NCBI GenBank assembly: GCA_963662545.2
Contig: CAXXLL010000003.1
Span: forward strand, 2,272,001-2,336,000
Length of the DNA stretch: 64,000 nt
Origin: Gammaproteobacteria bacterium
GTDB taxonomy: Bacteria; Pseudomonadota; Gammaproteobacteria; Ga0077536
Direction: 5' to 3'
The notes under the pieces are model-generated. The model ran no database searches. It saw nothing but the letters and a program-made list of their open reading frames with translations, and was not told the origin of the DNA. Below are positions 20,955-30,839 of this stretch, one piece after another (the first letter of the stretch is position 1; every line of letters begins with the position of its first letter). The position numbers and the translations under genes are program-made.

Positions 20955-23849
20955 GGTAGTACTTACGGTATTTACCTTTACAGCGCTTCCGTCGACGGCG
21001 GCATCATCAACAGTGGCACGATCATGTCTGGTAGCGAAGGCATTAGAATACGAAGCGATTCGACGATCGACGGCGGGATGACTAACAGTGGCACGATCAC
21101 GGCTAGTGGAGTAGGCATTAGGCTAAGCGATTCGACGATCAACGGCGGAATGAGCAACAGTGGCACGATCACGGCTGGTAGCGAAGGCATTCGTATAAAG
21201 CGATCGACGATCAGCGGCGGGATGACCAATAGTGGCACGATTACGGCTACTAAAGAAGGCATTTTTATAACCAAATTGACGCTCAACGGTGACTTTACCA
21301 ATAGTGGCACGATCGCGGCTGGTTCCACCGGCATAAGACTAAAAAATTCGACGATCAATGGTGACTTCACCAACAGCGGCACCATCTTCGCGGACGGCGA
21401 AGGCATATACCTCTACGGTACGACCGTCGACGGGTCGTTCATCACCGGCAGCTTGATCGACGCGACCGATGATGCGGTCCATATCCACGACAGCACCATC
21501 GGCGGCGACTTGATCAACAACGGCACAATAATCTCTGATAGCGCCGGCTTCGACATCGATTCATCGTCCCTCATCAAAGGCTCTGTCGTCAACAGCGGCT
21601 TGATAATGGCGGACGAGGAAGGGTTCGATATAAATACTGCGACCATCGAAGGCTCGATCACCAACAGCGGCACAATTATCTCAGATGATGACGACGGCAT
21701 CGAAATCGATGATTCGACGATCAAAGGCTCGCTCGTCAATAGCGGCTTGATAATGGCGGACGACGAAGGGTTCGATATAGATGATACGACCATCGAAGGC
21801 TCGATCACCAACAGCGGCACAATAATCTCCACTGGAGAGGAAGGTATCGATATCGGTTCTTCGACCATCGAAGGCTCGCTCACCAACAGCGGCTTGATAA
21901 GGTCGACCGAAGAAGGTATCGATATCGATGATTCGACCATTAAAGGCTCGCTCATCAACAGCGGCACAATAGACGCCACTAAAGATGACGGCATCACAAT
22001 CAGATCATCGACCATCGAAGGTTCGCTTACCAACAGCGGAACGATCACGGGTACCAAGATTGGCCTCCTTGTGACCAAATCGGAGATCAGCGGCGGGATT
22101 ATCAACAGCGGTACCATCGGTGCCACGATGAGCGAAGCGCTGGTCGTGGACGATATGGATGAGGTCACCACAATCACCAATACCGGCCTGCTCGATGGCG
22201 CTGTCCGGTTCGATGACAATATCCTGAATCTGGCAGGCACCTCAGGACGCATTACCGGCATCGTCACCGGCACCGCAGGTTCGATCGTCAATGTCAGGGG
22301 CACTTTTACGACCGAAGCCGACTTCAATGTCGACAATTTCATCGTCGCGCCCACCGGCTGGCTCCAAGTGGCCAATAACATCACGCCGATGAGCGGGACC
22401 GTCAGCAACCTCGGCGTCCTGGCGGCGAAACCAGGAACCATGGGCACCATCACGGGCGGGTATACGCAGACCGGGGCGGGCGCCCTCGGCGCAGTCCTCA
22501 ATAACTCCAACTACAGCCAGTTGATGGTAACCGGCACGGCCGATCTTTCGGCCAATGACGCGGTCACCGTGTTCGTCAATGCCCTGCTGGTTCCCGGGCA
22601 GGAGTTCGACGACATATTGACGGCGGGCACGCTGACGTCTGGCACCAGCCTGACCACCACCGACGACAGTGTGCTGTGGAAGTTTACCGCGCTGCCGGAT
22701 GGCAACACGGTGGATCTCGTTGCCGCTCGCGATGCGTTCTTGGCGAATCTCGCGAGTCCTTACGCAACCGAAGTCGGCCAGGCGCTCGATGCGCTGCTGG
22801 ATTCCGGCCAGTTCAGTGCGGAAATGCGGACCTTATTGTCCCAGATCGCCGCACTGGACACGGCGGCTGAAGTGACCAACGCGGTCGACCAGCTGGTCTC
22901 GGTACTCGTCGGCCAGGGTGCGTTCGCTGCAGCACAGGCCGTGAACCAGATATCCGCTATCGTGGGTAGTCAGATCGACGGCCAGCGCGGTCTTTCCGCG
23001 GGCGACCCAATGTTCAGGGAAGGGCACTGGTGGATCAAACCGTTCGGAGGATTCGGGGACCACGATGTGCGCAAGGGCGTGCCCGGATTCGATCTGTTCA
23101 GCTACGGCATCGCCGCAGGCGCCGACGTCAAGCCGAACGATAATCTGTTCGTCGGGGCCGCGTTCGCGTGGTCGGAAGCGGAGATCGAAGCCGATACGAT
23201 CAGTCAGAACGAGCTCGACATCCAGACCTATCAGCTCGCCCTCTATGGATCCTACGATCTGGACGCGCGCAACTACATCGATGCGCATGCCATCGTCGGC
23301 TGGAACGACAACGAAAGCCGACGCGACGTGACGATCGGGGCATTTAAGAGCACCGCCAGCGCGGACTACGACAGCTTCTTTACGCGCATCTATGCGGGTT
23401 TGGGGCGCAAGTACGCGGTCAACGATCAGTTCACCGTGAGTCCGGTGATCAACATCCGCTACACCTATATCGACGAAGACGGCTACACCGAGACCGGCGC
23501 CCCGATAGCCCTTGCCGTCGGGAGCAACGACACAGATTCCCTGGTCCTCGGATTGGACGGCGTCGGGCATTACACCTTCGGGCCGGGTAACGCGTACTCC
23601 ATTACCGCACGGGCCGGTGTGGGCTACGATGCGATCACGGACCGTACGCTGGTGTCCTCCAACTTCGTGGCCGGCGGCGGGACTTTCGCGACACGGGATG
23701 CAGAGCCCGACGAGTTCGTGTACCACGCCAGCTTCGGCCTGAACTCGGCCGCCGGCACGACGACATCCGTCAGCATCGAATACGAGTTCGAAGGACGGCA
23801 GGATTTCGACGTGCACGGGTTCTCCGCGACGGTGCGATGGCGGTTCTAG
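20955..23849 (+). CDS. Type Va autotransporter with repetitive beta-helical passenger; no N-terminal signal peptide visible
   Basis: About 16 repeats of ~24-25 aa (GI.I..STI.G.LTNSGTI); C-terminal beta-barrel ending VRWRF; in-frame TAG at 20949; first ATG at 21024 lies inside the repeats. Confidence 0.9.
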   Translation, partial: GSTYGIYLYSASVDGGIINSGTIMSGSEGIRIRSDSTIDGGMTNSGTITASGVGIRLSDSTINGGMSNSGTITAGSEGIRIKRSTISGGMTNSGTITATKEGIFITKLTLNGDFTNSGTIAAGSTGIRLKNSTINGDFTNSGTIFADGEGIYLYGTTVDGSFITGSLIDATDDAVHIHDSTIGGDLINNGTIISDSAGFDIDSSSLIKGSVVNSGLIMADEEGFDINTATIEGSITNSGTIISDDDDGIEIDDSTIKGSLVNSGLIMADDEGFDIDDTTIEGSITNSGTIISTGEEGIDIGSSTIEGSLTNSGLIRSTEEGIDIDDSTIKGSLINSGTIDATKDDGITIRSSTIEGSLTNSGTITGTKIGLLVTKSEISGGIINSGTIGATMSEALVVDDMDEVTTITNTGLLDGAVRFDDNILNLAGTSGRITGIVTGTAGSIVNVRGTFTTEADFNVDNFIVAPTGWLQVANNITPMSGTVSNLGVLAAKPGTMGTITGGYTQTGAGALGAVLNNSNYSQLMVTGTADLSANDAVTVFVNALLVPGQEFDDILTAGTLTSGTSLTTTDDSVLWKFTALPDGNTVDLVAARDAFLANLASPYATEVGQALDALLDSGQFSAEMRTLLSQIAALDTAAEVTNAVDQLVSVLVGQGAFAAAQAVNQISAIVGSQIDGQRGLSAGDPMFREGHWWIKPFGGFGDHDVRKGVPGFDLFSYGIAAGADVKPNDNLFVGAAFAWSEAEIEADTISQNELDIQTYQLALYGSYDLDARNYIDAHAIVGWNDNESRRDVTIGAFKSTASADYDSFFTRIYAGLGRKYAVNDQFTVSPVINIRYTYIDEDGYTETGAPIALAVGSNDTDSLVLGLDGVGHYTFGPGNAYSITARAGVGYDAITDRTLVSSNFVAGGGTFATRDAEPDEFVYHASFGLNSAAGTTTSVSIEYEFEGRQDFDVHGFSATVRWRF

Positions 23850-23869
23850 CCGCGGTTTCACACTGACGC

Positions 23870-23898
23870 AAAAAGGGGCGGCTTACCGCCCCTTTTTT
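23870..23898. terminator. Bidirectional rho-independent terminator
   Basis: aaaaaggggcgg-ctta-ccgcccctttttt between convergent genes. Confidence 0.9.
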
Positions 23899-23996
23899 GT
23901 AACCATCGGTTGAGCTGCCAGGGCACGCACGTGTCGCGCACCAAGGCGTTTTCGACGGGGACTACAAACGGCCTCGCGGATTCAAGCTTGCGCCGC

Positions 23997-24677
23997 TCAC
24001 TGGGCCCATCCGCCCGATAAAGGAATACCCTGGCCGGCGAAGAAACCGCTTTCGTCACCCGCCAGAAATAAAGCGAAGCAGGCGTCCTCGCGCTGCGTAC
24101 CCAGACGGCCCGCCGGCACCTGCCGTTTGAGCGATTTGACGAAGGATTCTTTGGCCATCAACTCAGGCGGGTAATAGTCTTCGCTCTCCACGTAGTTCTG
24201 CGCAATGAGATTGAACTGGACGTTATGCGCCGCGACTTCCACACCGACAGCCTGAACGTAGCCGAGCTGGGCCGCGCGCGCTGCACTGTAGGCCGCCAGC
24301 GTTTTCATGCCGCGCAGGGCCGAGGCGCTGCCATAAACGACGATCTTCCCGTGGCGGCGTTCGATCATCTGTGGCAGAATGGCGCGCGCGAGCCGATGCA
24401 GCGGGTGCACCATCAGCTCGAACGTAATGTGCCAGTCGGCGTCCGCGAGTTCGGTTGCGGCCGTGCCCGAAAACGTGGGTGACGCCAGATTGGCGATCAG
24501 TACGTCAATATCGCCGGCCTCGGCGACCGCCGCCTCACAGGCGCCCGCCACGCTTAAGTCGCGCGTATCGGCAATCACCGTTGCTCCTTCCTCGGTGAAG
24601 ACCTCCGCGGTGATCGGACCCATAAAATCGTCCGCCTGGGTCAGCAGGACGCGCTTGTTTTTCAATCGGTCCGGCAT
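23997..24677 (-). CDS. Short-chain dehydrogenase/reductase family protein
   Basis: IDVLIANL, GKIVVYGS, YSAAR and GQGIPLSGGW motifs. Confidence 0.88.
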   Translation of the reverse strand: MPDRLKNKRVLLTQADDFMGPITAEVFTEEGATVIADTRDLSVAGACEAAVAEAGDIDVLIANLASPTFSGTAATELADADWHITFELMVHPLHRLARAILPQMIERRHGKIVVYGSASALRGMKTLAAYSAARAAQLGYVQAVGVEVAAHNVQFNLIAQNYVESEDYYPPELMAKESFVKSLKRQVPAGRLGTQREDACFALFLAGDESGFFAGQGIPLSGGWAQ

Positions 24678-24710
24678 GGTGTGCTCCTTGTTCAGTGGGG
24701 TTCAGATAGC

Positions 24711-25343
24711 TCAACGGCTCGGAAAATTCGCACTGCGCGCAGCGAGGTAGGCGGGTCGCCGAGTATGCCTCGCGTGGTAAGCCGCCAGGGACTCCGGAAG
24801 TTCCAGCCTGCAGTGCAGCGCCCAGTCGCAACAGGTGCTCAGAAAGATGTCCGCTTTGCTGAGCTGTCTGCCGGCGATGAACTCGCGCTCGTCGTCGAGC
24901 AGTTCAGCGATGACCAATGCCTGGCGTCCAAAATAAGCCCGCGCCGATGCAACGGCCGCCGGTGCTTCGCCGTAAATCGTCGGGAGTTCTTCGTGGCGGC
25001 GCAGTACATAAAGGGCGGTGGCGTCGAGTTCCATGAGTACAAAGCAGCTCCATTGTTCAATGTGCGCGGCGGCGGCGGGACCGGCCGCTTGCGTGCCGAA
25101 CTGCTCGAACAAGTAGTCGGTGATCGCGCCGCTCTCCGTCAGTGACAGCTCGCCGTCCTGAAAAGCGGGAATTTTTCGGCCCGGGCTGACGCGCAGAAAC
25201 GCCGGGTCGTCCATGTCGGCCGTGCGCGCACGCACGGGGTGGCTGATATAGTCCAATCCGAACTCGTGCAGCGCCCAGTAGACACGCATGGTGCGAGCCG
25301 TGCCGATACCCCAGACATGAAACGTCGGTGCGATCCTCGGCAT
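24711..25343 (-). CDS. Glutathione S-transferase family protein
   Basis: SPGRKIP, LTESGAI..YL and LSKADI motifs. Confidence 0.9.
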   Translation of the reverse strand: MPRIAPTFHVWGIGTARTMRVYWALHEFGLDYISHPVRARTADMDDPAFLRVSPGRKIPAFQDGELSLTESGAITDYLFEQFGTQAAGPAAAAHIEQWSCFVLMELDATALYVLRRHEELPTIYGEAPAAVASARAYFGRQALVIAELLDDEREFIAGRQLSKADIFLSTCCDWALHCRLELPESLAAYHARHTRRPAYLAARSANFPSR

Positions 25344-25367
25344 TACGAATGCATAGCGCCAGCCCGT

Positions 25368-26555
25368 TTATGCCGAGCTGATGACGCGTGCGGCCGCCAG
25401 TTCGTGAATCTCCGACGAGGAATACCTGAGTTCGCGCAGCACCTCGGCATTGTGGGCGCCAAGCGCGGGGGCGATCGGCTGGGGATGTTCGGGAGCACCC
25501 TCGAAACGCGCTGCCGCACGGGGCTGGCGCACGCGTCCCAGCACCGGGTGCTCGTATTCCTCGATCAGCTGGTTGTTCCTGACCTGCGCGTGTTCGAGCA
25601 CTTCGGCCCGCATCAGTATGGGGGCGCACGGCACGCCGTAGCCGTCGAGGCGTGCCAGCCAATCCGCGCTGGTGCGGGTTTCAAGCACGCGCGCGGTCTC
25701 TGCGATGCGGACTTTGGCGTTGATGATGCGGGCCGAGGTTGAACTAAAGCGTTCGTCGGTGATCCACTCGGGTCGTTCGAGTGCATCGCACATGCCGCGC
25801 CATTCCTGATCCGACATGGCGCCGGCCGTGATGTATCCGTCTAGCGTTTTAAAAACGAGATCCTGGGCGATCTGCCCCACTTTCAGATCGCGTTCCTGGT
25901 CGATCACGGTCAGGTTGATCATGCCTTCGGGCCAGAGGTAGGCGATCATGGCGTCGAGCATGGCGATCTTCACGTGCTGCCCTTTGCCCCCGCGTTCGCG
26001 CGCAAGCAGCGCCGCCGTAATCGCCTGCGCCGCGGTCAGCGCGGTGGTCTTGTCGGGGATCACGGTGCGCATCATGCATGGCCGACCGGTTTCACTATCA
26101 GCCTGGATATCCGTCAAGCCGGACAGCGCCTGGATAATGGGGTCGTACACACGCTTGTGGGCATAGGGGCCGGTTTCGCCAAAACCGCTGATGGAAACGT
26201 AGACGATATCGGGCGTAATGGCGCGCACAAGATCGTAGCCGAGGCCTAGTTTCTCGATCGCGCCGGGCCGAAAGTTTTGTACGAACACATCGGCTGTCCG
26301 GGCCAGCCGGCGTATGATCTCGAGCCCTTGTTCGCTTCTGAGATCCAATGCCACGGCACGCTTACCGCGATTGATATTCAGAAATCCCGAGGTCATGCCG
26401 TCACGGCCGACGCCCATCTGGCGGGTAATGTCGCCGCCTAGCGGTTCTATCTTAATGACATCGGCGCCCTGATCGGCCAGCAGCATGGTCGCCGCCGGAC
26501 CGGAGAGCACCCGGCTCAGATCAACGATGCGGTAGCCTGTGAGCGGACCTGGCAT
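25368..26555 (-). CDS. CaiB/BaiF family III CoA transferase
   Basis: DLSRVLSGP, LADQGADVIKIE, NRGKR, QNFRPG and YDPIIQA motifs. Confidence 0.93.
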   Translation of the reverse strand: MPGPLTGYRIVDLSRVLSGPAATMLLADQGADVIKIEPLGGDITRQMGVGRDGMTSGFLNINRGKRAVALDLRSEQGLEIIRRLARTADVFVQNFRPGAIEKLGLGYDLVRAITPDIVYVSISGFGETGPYAHKRVYDPIIQALSGLTDIQADSETGRPCMMRTVIPDKTTALTAAQAITAALLARERGGKGQHVKIAMLDAMIAYLWPEGMINLTVIDQERDLKVGQIAQDLVFKTLDGYITAGAMSDQEWRGMCDALERPEWITDERFSSTSARIINAKVRIAETARVLETRTSADWLARLDGYGVPCAPILMRAEVLEHAQVRNNQLIEEYEHPVLGRVRQPRAAARFEGAPEHPQPIAPALGAHNAEVLRELRYSSSEIHELAAARVISSA

Positions 26556-26609
26556 CGACTTGTTATAACGAGTCGCGTCGCCCTCGTCCACGCCATGGAG
26601 TGGACCGTC

Positions 26610-27281
26610 TCACCCAAGTTCGGCCATCACACGCTCGATCAGCTTCCCGCGGAATCCGCGCTTGGTCGCTGCAAACGCAGCAGCATCGAGCGCTGTCATG
26701 GCGCGCGCCTTGTCGATCGCACACGTTCTGATGGCCTCCGCTTGCACCACGGCGTCGAGGAAGCCTGCCTCGATCGCGGCTTGCGGTAGGTAAAGCCGCG
26801 CGCCGATGGCGGCCTCCGTCAGATGAAGCGGTGAAAGCCGCGCCTGTGCGAGTTCGATGCCGAAAAGCGGCAGGGTGAGGCCGATCGCGGTTTCATTGAG
26901 TCCAATTTTGAAATCGCCGCTGGCGCCGAACCGGTAATCGCTGGCCAACAACATAAAAGCCCCGAGGGCAATAGCATGGCCTGTCGCCGCAGTCACCAGC
27001 GGCTGGGGATGCCCGTAGAGGCGCATGATGGTGCTGACACCGCGGTGGAGCAGACGCTTTAATTCCGCTTCGTCACCGCCGTTGATGACCTTGAGGTCGA
27101 AACCGCCGCTCAGGATCCCGGGGCGACCCAGCAGCACGACCGCCTGCGACTCCGCAAGCGCACGGTCGAGCGCGTCATTGATCGCGTCAAGCATCTCGAA
27201 TCCGGCCGCGTTGACCTTGCCGTCGTCGAGCGCGATAACAGCAACGGTGTCCTCGACCTCGAAAGTCAGTTTGCCCTTCAT
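26610..27281 (-). CDS. Enoyl-CoA hydratase/isomerase (crotonase) family protein
   Basis: LDDGKVNA, SGGFDL, GHAIALG and GLNETAIG motifs. Confidence 0.92.
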   Translation of the reverse strand: MKGKLTFEVEDTVAVIALDDGKVNAAGFEMLDAINDALDRALAESQAVVLLGRPGILSGGFDLKVINGGDEAELKRLLHRGVSTIMRLYGHPQPLVTAATGHAIALGAFMLLASDYRFGASGDFKIGLNETAIGLTLPLFGIELAQARLSPLHLTEAAIGARLYLPQAAIEAGFLDAVVQAEAIRTCAIDKARAMTALDAAAFAATKRGFRGKLIERVMAELG

Positions 27282-27567
27282 GAGAATACTCCATGCCGCC
27301 AATGGCGATAGTGAGTTAAGTCAAAACGCTTAGGCCGAATCAACGAAATTTCGTCGGCCGTGGCCGAATTCCACCAGGCGCGACTATCGAAAAATAACAT
27401 TCACGGCACCCGATGCAAGAACGGCTTCCGCGAAAATTACGGCGCTTCGGTGAATAGAGCAAAGCCCAGGACCTTCTTGCATCGAACACCGGGCCGTGGT
27501 TTGGGCGAGCGATTGGATACCGACGCTCGCTGGTGCAGCGCGCTATCATCGGACGCGGAGTGATTTA

Positions 27568-28983
27568 ATGACCGAACAAGACACGCGTACGGCGATAATC
27601 CGTTCCTCGATTCTCCACAACCGATGGCCCGGTGTCCCGCCGCGCCAGGGTTTAGGCGTGCTTGCGATCCTGTTCCAGCTCGAACACTCGCAGTGGTGGC
27701 CGGCCGAAGTGCTACAGGCGCGCCAGTTCCTTCAGCTCGATTCCTTGCTGGGCTTCGCCTGCAAATCGGTGCCGTACTACCGGGAGCGCTTTGCCAGGAT
27801 CGGCTGGCAAGCGGGCGAACCGCTGACGAGCGAGATCTGGTCTGAGCTGCCGCTGTTGCGACGTTCGGACATCGAAGAACACGCCCGGGATCTGCTCGCC
27901 GGATCGATGACTGCGCACGGCAAGACCATCGTAAAGCACACCTCTGGGTCGTCGGGCCGCCCTATCGCGGTGACGCGAACCGAACTCGCGGGCCTCTTCT
28001 GGAGCGCACTCACGCTCCGCGATCACCTGTGGCATCGTCGCGACTTTTCGGCCGGACTGGTCACCATCCGTTCGGGGCGTAACGCCACCGATCCGCTCGC
28101 CGTTCAAAACCAGGCGTCGTGGGGAACCCCCGCGGGCCTCATTTACGACACCGGACCCATGACCTTGTTTTATCATAGGATGCCGCTCGCACGGCAAGCG
28201 GAGATCTTGTGCGCGCGAAACCCGCGTTACCTGCTCGCCTATCCGAGCAACGTGCTCGAGCTTGCCGATTACTTCCGCGCAAAGGGTTTGAGCCTGCCCG
28301 CGCTCACCGAGGTCCGTACCTACGGCGAACCGGTCGACGAGGACGTGCGGGACGAATGCCGGAATGTCTGGGGCGTGCCGGTCACCGATATGTATAGCTG
28401 CGAGGAAGTGGGATATCTCGCGCTGCAGTGTCCCGAGCATCAACATTATCACGTGCAGTCCGAGGCCGTGCTGGTCGAGATCCTGGACGAATTCAACCAG
28501 GCGTGCGCGCCGGGGCAGATCGGCCGGGTGGTGGTCACTTCGCTGCACGATTTCGCGATGCCGCTCATCCGCTACGAGATAGGCGATTACGCCGAAGCGG
28601 CGTCCCCGTGCGACTGCGGCCGCGGTCTGCCCGTGGTCACGCGGGTGCCAGGGCGGCGCCGCAATCTGGCGGCACTGCCCGATGGCCGTTGTTTCGTGCC
28701 CGAGGTGCGAAAGGCAAGCTGGACTTCGATCGGCCGCATCGAGCGCTTGCAGCTCGTGCAGAAGCTAATCGGACAAATCGAAATCAACGTCGCCGCTGCC
28801 TCACCCCTAACCGAAGTCGAGCGGCGGGCACTGATTGCGGCGATCGGGGCGGATTTGCGCCATCCCTTCGAACTCTCGATCACTGAGCTCGACGAGATCC
28901 CGCGTCACGACAATGGTAAATTGGAATCGTTCGTCTCAGAAATTTCGTGGCCCGACGATGCACCGCCCCGCATCGTTGCGTAG
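27568..28983 (+). CDS. Phenylacetate-CoA ligase-like (PaaK/CapK family) protein
   Basis: TSGSSGRP, AYPSN, YSCEEVG, MPLIRYEIGD, CDCGRG and NGK motifs. Confidence 0.88.
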   Translation: MTEQDTRTAIIRSSILHNRWPGVPPRQGLGVLAILFQLEHSQWWPAEVLQARQFLQLDSLLGFACKSVPYYRERFARIGWQAGEPLTSEIWSELPLLRRSDIEEHARDLLAGSMTAHGKTIVKHTSGSSGRPIAVTRTELAGLFWSALTLRDHLWHRRDFSAGLVTIRSGRNATDPLAVQNQASWGTPAGLIYDTGPMTLFYHRMPLARQAEILCARNPRYLLAYPSNVLELADYFRAKGLSLPALTEVRTYGEPVDEDVRDECRNVWGVPVTDMYSCEEVGYLALQCPEHQHYHVQSEAVLVEILDEFNQACAPGQIGRVVVTSLHDFAMPLIRYEIGDYAEAASPCDCGRGLPVVTRVPGRRRNLAALPDGRCFVPEVRKASWTSIGRIERLQLVQKLIGQIEINVAAASPLTEVERRALIAAIGADLRHPFELSITELDEIPRHDNGKLESFVSEISWPDDAPPRIVA

Positions 28984-29379
28984 CGTGCGGATCAGTGGTG
29001 CGTCTCCGTTAAAGCACCAGCCTTAAGTAGGCGATTCGGGTTGCATCCAGTGCCATTTCGTAGCAACTCAAAACTCACGGGGGCGAGTTTGCGACCAAGT
29101 GCTGCAAAGGCTGCCGCCCAGAACGCCGATTCGAACCGGCTCACACATGGCGGATCCTCTTCAGACCGCAGCGCCGACACTCGATCCGCTCAACGCTGCC
29201 ACCTTCTCCGAAGCCGAACGTCGCGTCGATGACGCGAAAGTCGTGAAAGCCCAGCCAGCAGATAAGGCGGCCGACTGCGCCTAACAACTTCGTGTAATTA
29301 GCGGGCAATGTCTCACCTCGCTGAACCTTGCGGTGTTTCTCCAGGGGCCGGAGAATCGGTCCCTAGAGAAAGGGCTGTT

Positions 29380-29580
29380 TGGCGGTGGGGGGAGTCTGGT
29401 GCGAACTGCTCTCCCCTGTTTACAGGGAAAATACAGGGAATATCTTTCGATTTCCGCCAGAAAATCCAGCTGTGCTTTATAAATATCCTGCGTTAATAGC
29501 GCGTTACGGCACCCTACGACAAAACGAGTCGGAAGTTAACAGGGAATTATCAGGGAATCGGAACTTTAACACTCCCTGCT
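29380..29580. other. att-like junction motif with CAGGGAA repeats
   Basis: tggcggtgggggg..gcgaac followed by four cagggaa and two inverted ccctg; sits where gene-dense DNA ends. Confidence 0.45.
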
Positions 29581-29693
29581 AAATCAACCCGGACGAATAT
29601 TTAGGAGGGGCAGGCAATCGATACCGCTCGTACATTGATTTTGATCGGATCATGCGGCGATTATTCTTTAATCCAACTTAACTTGTTAGCACC

Positions 29694-29737
29694 TTTCAGA
29701 CTCCCATCGCCGCATGAATAGGAATTCGCCACCCACA
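29694..29737 (+). mobile_element. Right-end remnant of an IS481-like element
   Basis: Encodes FQTPIAA* (compare YQLPVAA* at 32100), followed by aattcgccacccaca matching the IS terminal repeat. Confidence 0.7.
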
Positions 29738-29812
29738 GGTTGAATATCTCGTCCGCCTGATCTCAGGTTAAAGACTCGAACGGAGCACGCACAACAAGGA
29801 GTGCCTCCTAGC

Positions 29813-30055
29813 TCACTCGATCCAACGCATGATTTCAATCGTATAGTCTTCAGTCGGCGGTAATTTCACGACATATAATCGGCAGTTTTCTGGAACACCA
29901 AGAGTCGTCCGGCTTCCATTCCCCATGGTGAGCGGTTCATGATCTTCGAGACTCCGGCGAACCTCTATCATGCCCGACGTTGGTGTCGTCGTTACGAGTA
30001 TTTCGACGGCGTTCGCCTCGGGTGGGATCTCGGATGAAAAGTCGTGCTCTATCAT
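29813..30055 (-). CDS. Hypothetical protein
   Basis: 80-aa ORF with protein-like composition; ATG overlaps an upstream stop codon. Confidence 0.4.
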   Translation of the reverse strand: MIEHDFSSEIPPEANAVEILVTTTPTSGMIEVRRSLEDHEPLTMGNGSRTTLGVPENCRLYVVKLPPTEDYTIEIMRWIE

Positions 30056-30367
30056 CCGACGATCTCTATCAGAAATGAGCGGTGGGCGTTAGCCGGCGTG
30101 CAAAAACATACCGCGTCCAGATTAGATTTTGGGTGGTCGGCTACCGTGAAACGCAGATCGAAAGATCTTGTATAGCCGTTGCCGTCGAACGGTTCGAGGG
30201 ACACGACGTAAACCACAAGCGATTCCTGGATAGATGAATAAGCGTGGATTACCGTTCCAGTATGCAGGACCGTCGTTTTGCCGACCGGTCGCGGCGCTGC
30301 ATCCAAGGATGCCGATGCGTGACTCCCTCGTGAGTACCGTTTTGCGTCGACCAATGATCCGACCGCC

Positions 30368-30839
30368 TCAGTGTTGATAGATGAAACCGCCGTAGAGGTA
30401 TTTGGTCGCCTCGGCCCCGAGTACAAGAACCCGGTGTCCCCGCTCGATTAATTCAGATCGGCGCAGTTGATCCAACGCAACCCAAATCGCTGCCGAACCG
30501 AGGTTGCCGAGCCGATCGGCCGTTACGAATATTTTTTCGACCGCAACCTTGAAATGATCACTGAACTGTTTTGCAAGGCGACCGTTGGCCTGGTGCGGCA
30601 GGATCCAATCGAATTCATCCAGCCGGTAGCCGCGTGCCGTGATCGCTTCAACGCCGCGAATGAATAATTCCCGCCCGAATTTTTTCACGTTTTCCGCGCG
30701 GTGCTGAAAGACCGGCAGTCCGTGAACGGTTCTGGGATCGGCCGATCCGCCGCCTTCAATACAGATGCCGGGATCTTTGCCGACACCGATTTGGCCGGTG
30801 AATATCTCGGAAATCTTGTGCCGCGGCGAGCCGTCATCC
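30368..30839 (-). pseudogene. 3' fragment of a 3-oxoacyl-ACP synthase III (FabH-like) gene truncated by IS
   Basis: LPHQANG and GNLGSA motifs; the frame stays open upstream to the IS end at 30840. Confidence 0.85.

Noticed and set aside
21000-22120. Regular ~72-75 bp DNA repeats as a possible CRISPR array
   Set aside because: In-frame, degenerate coding repeats; no unique spacers and no cas genes
21413-23861. Long minus-strand ORFs (365 aa and 342 aa)
   Set aside because: Antisense shadows of the autotransporter repeats and barrel
29380-29415. Possible tRNA gene
   Set aside because: Only a degenerate 3'-end-like motif; no cloverleaf. The 32183 motif is likewise only 14 bp
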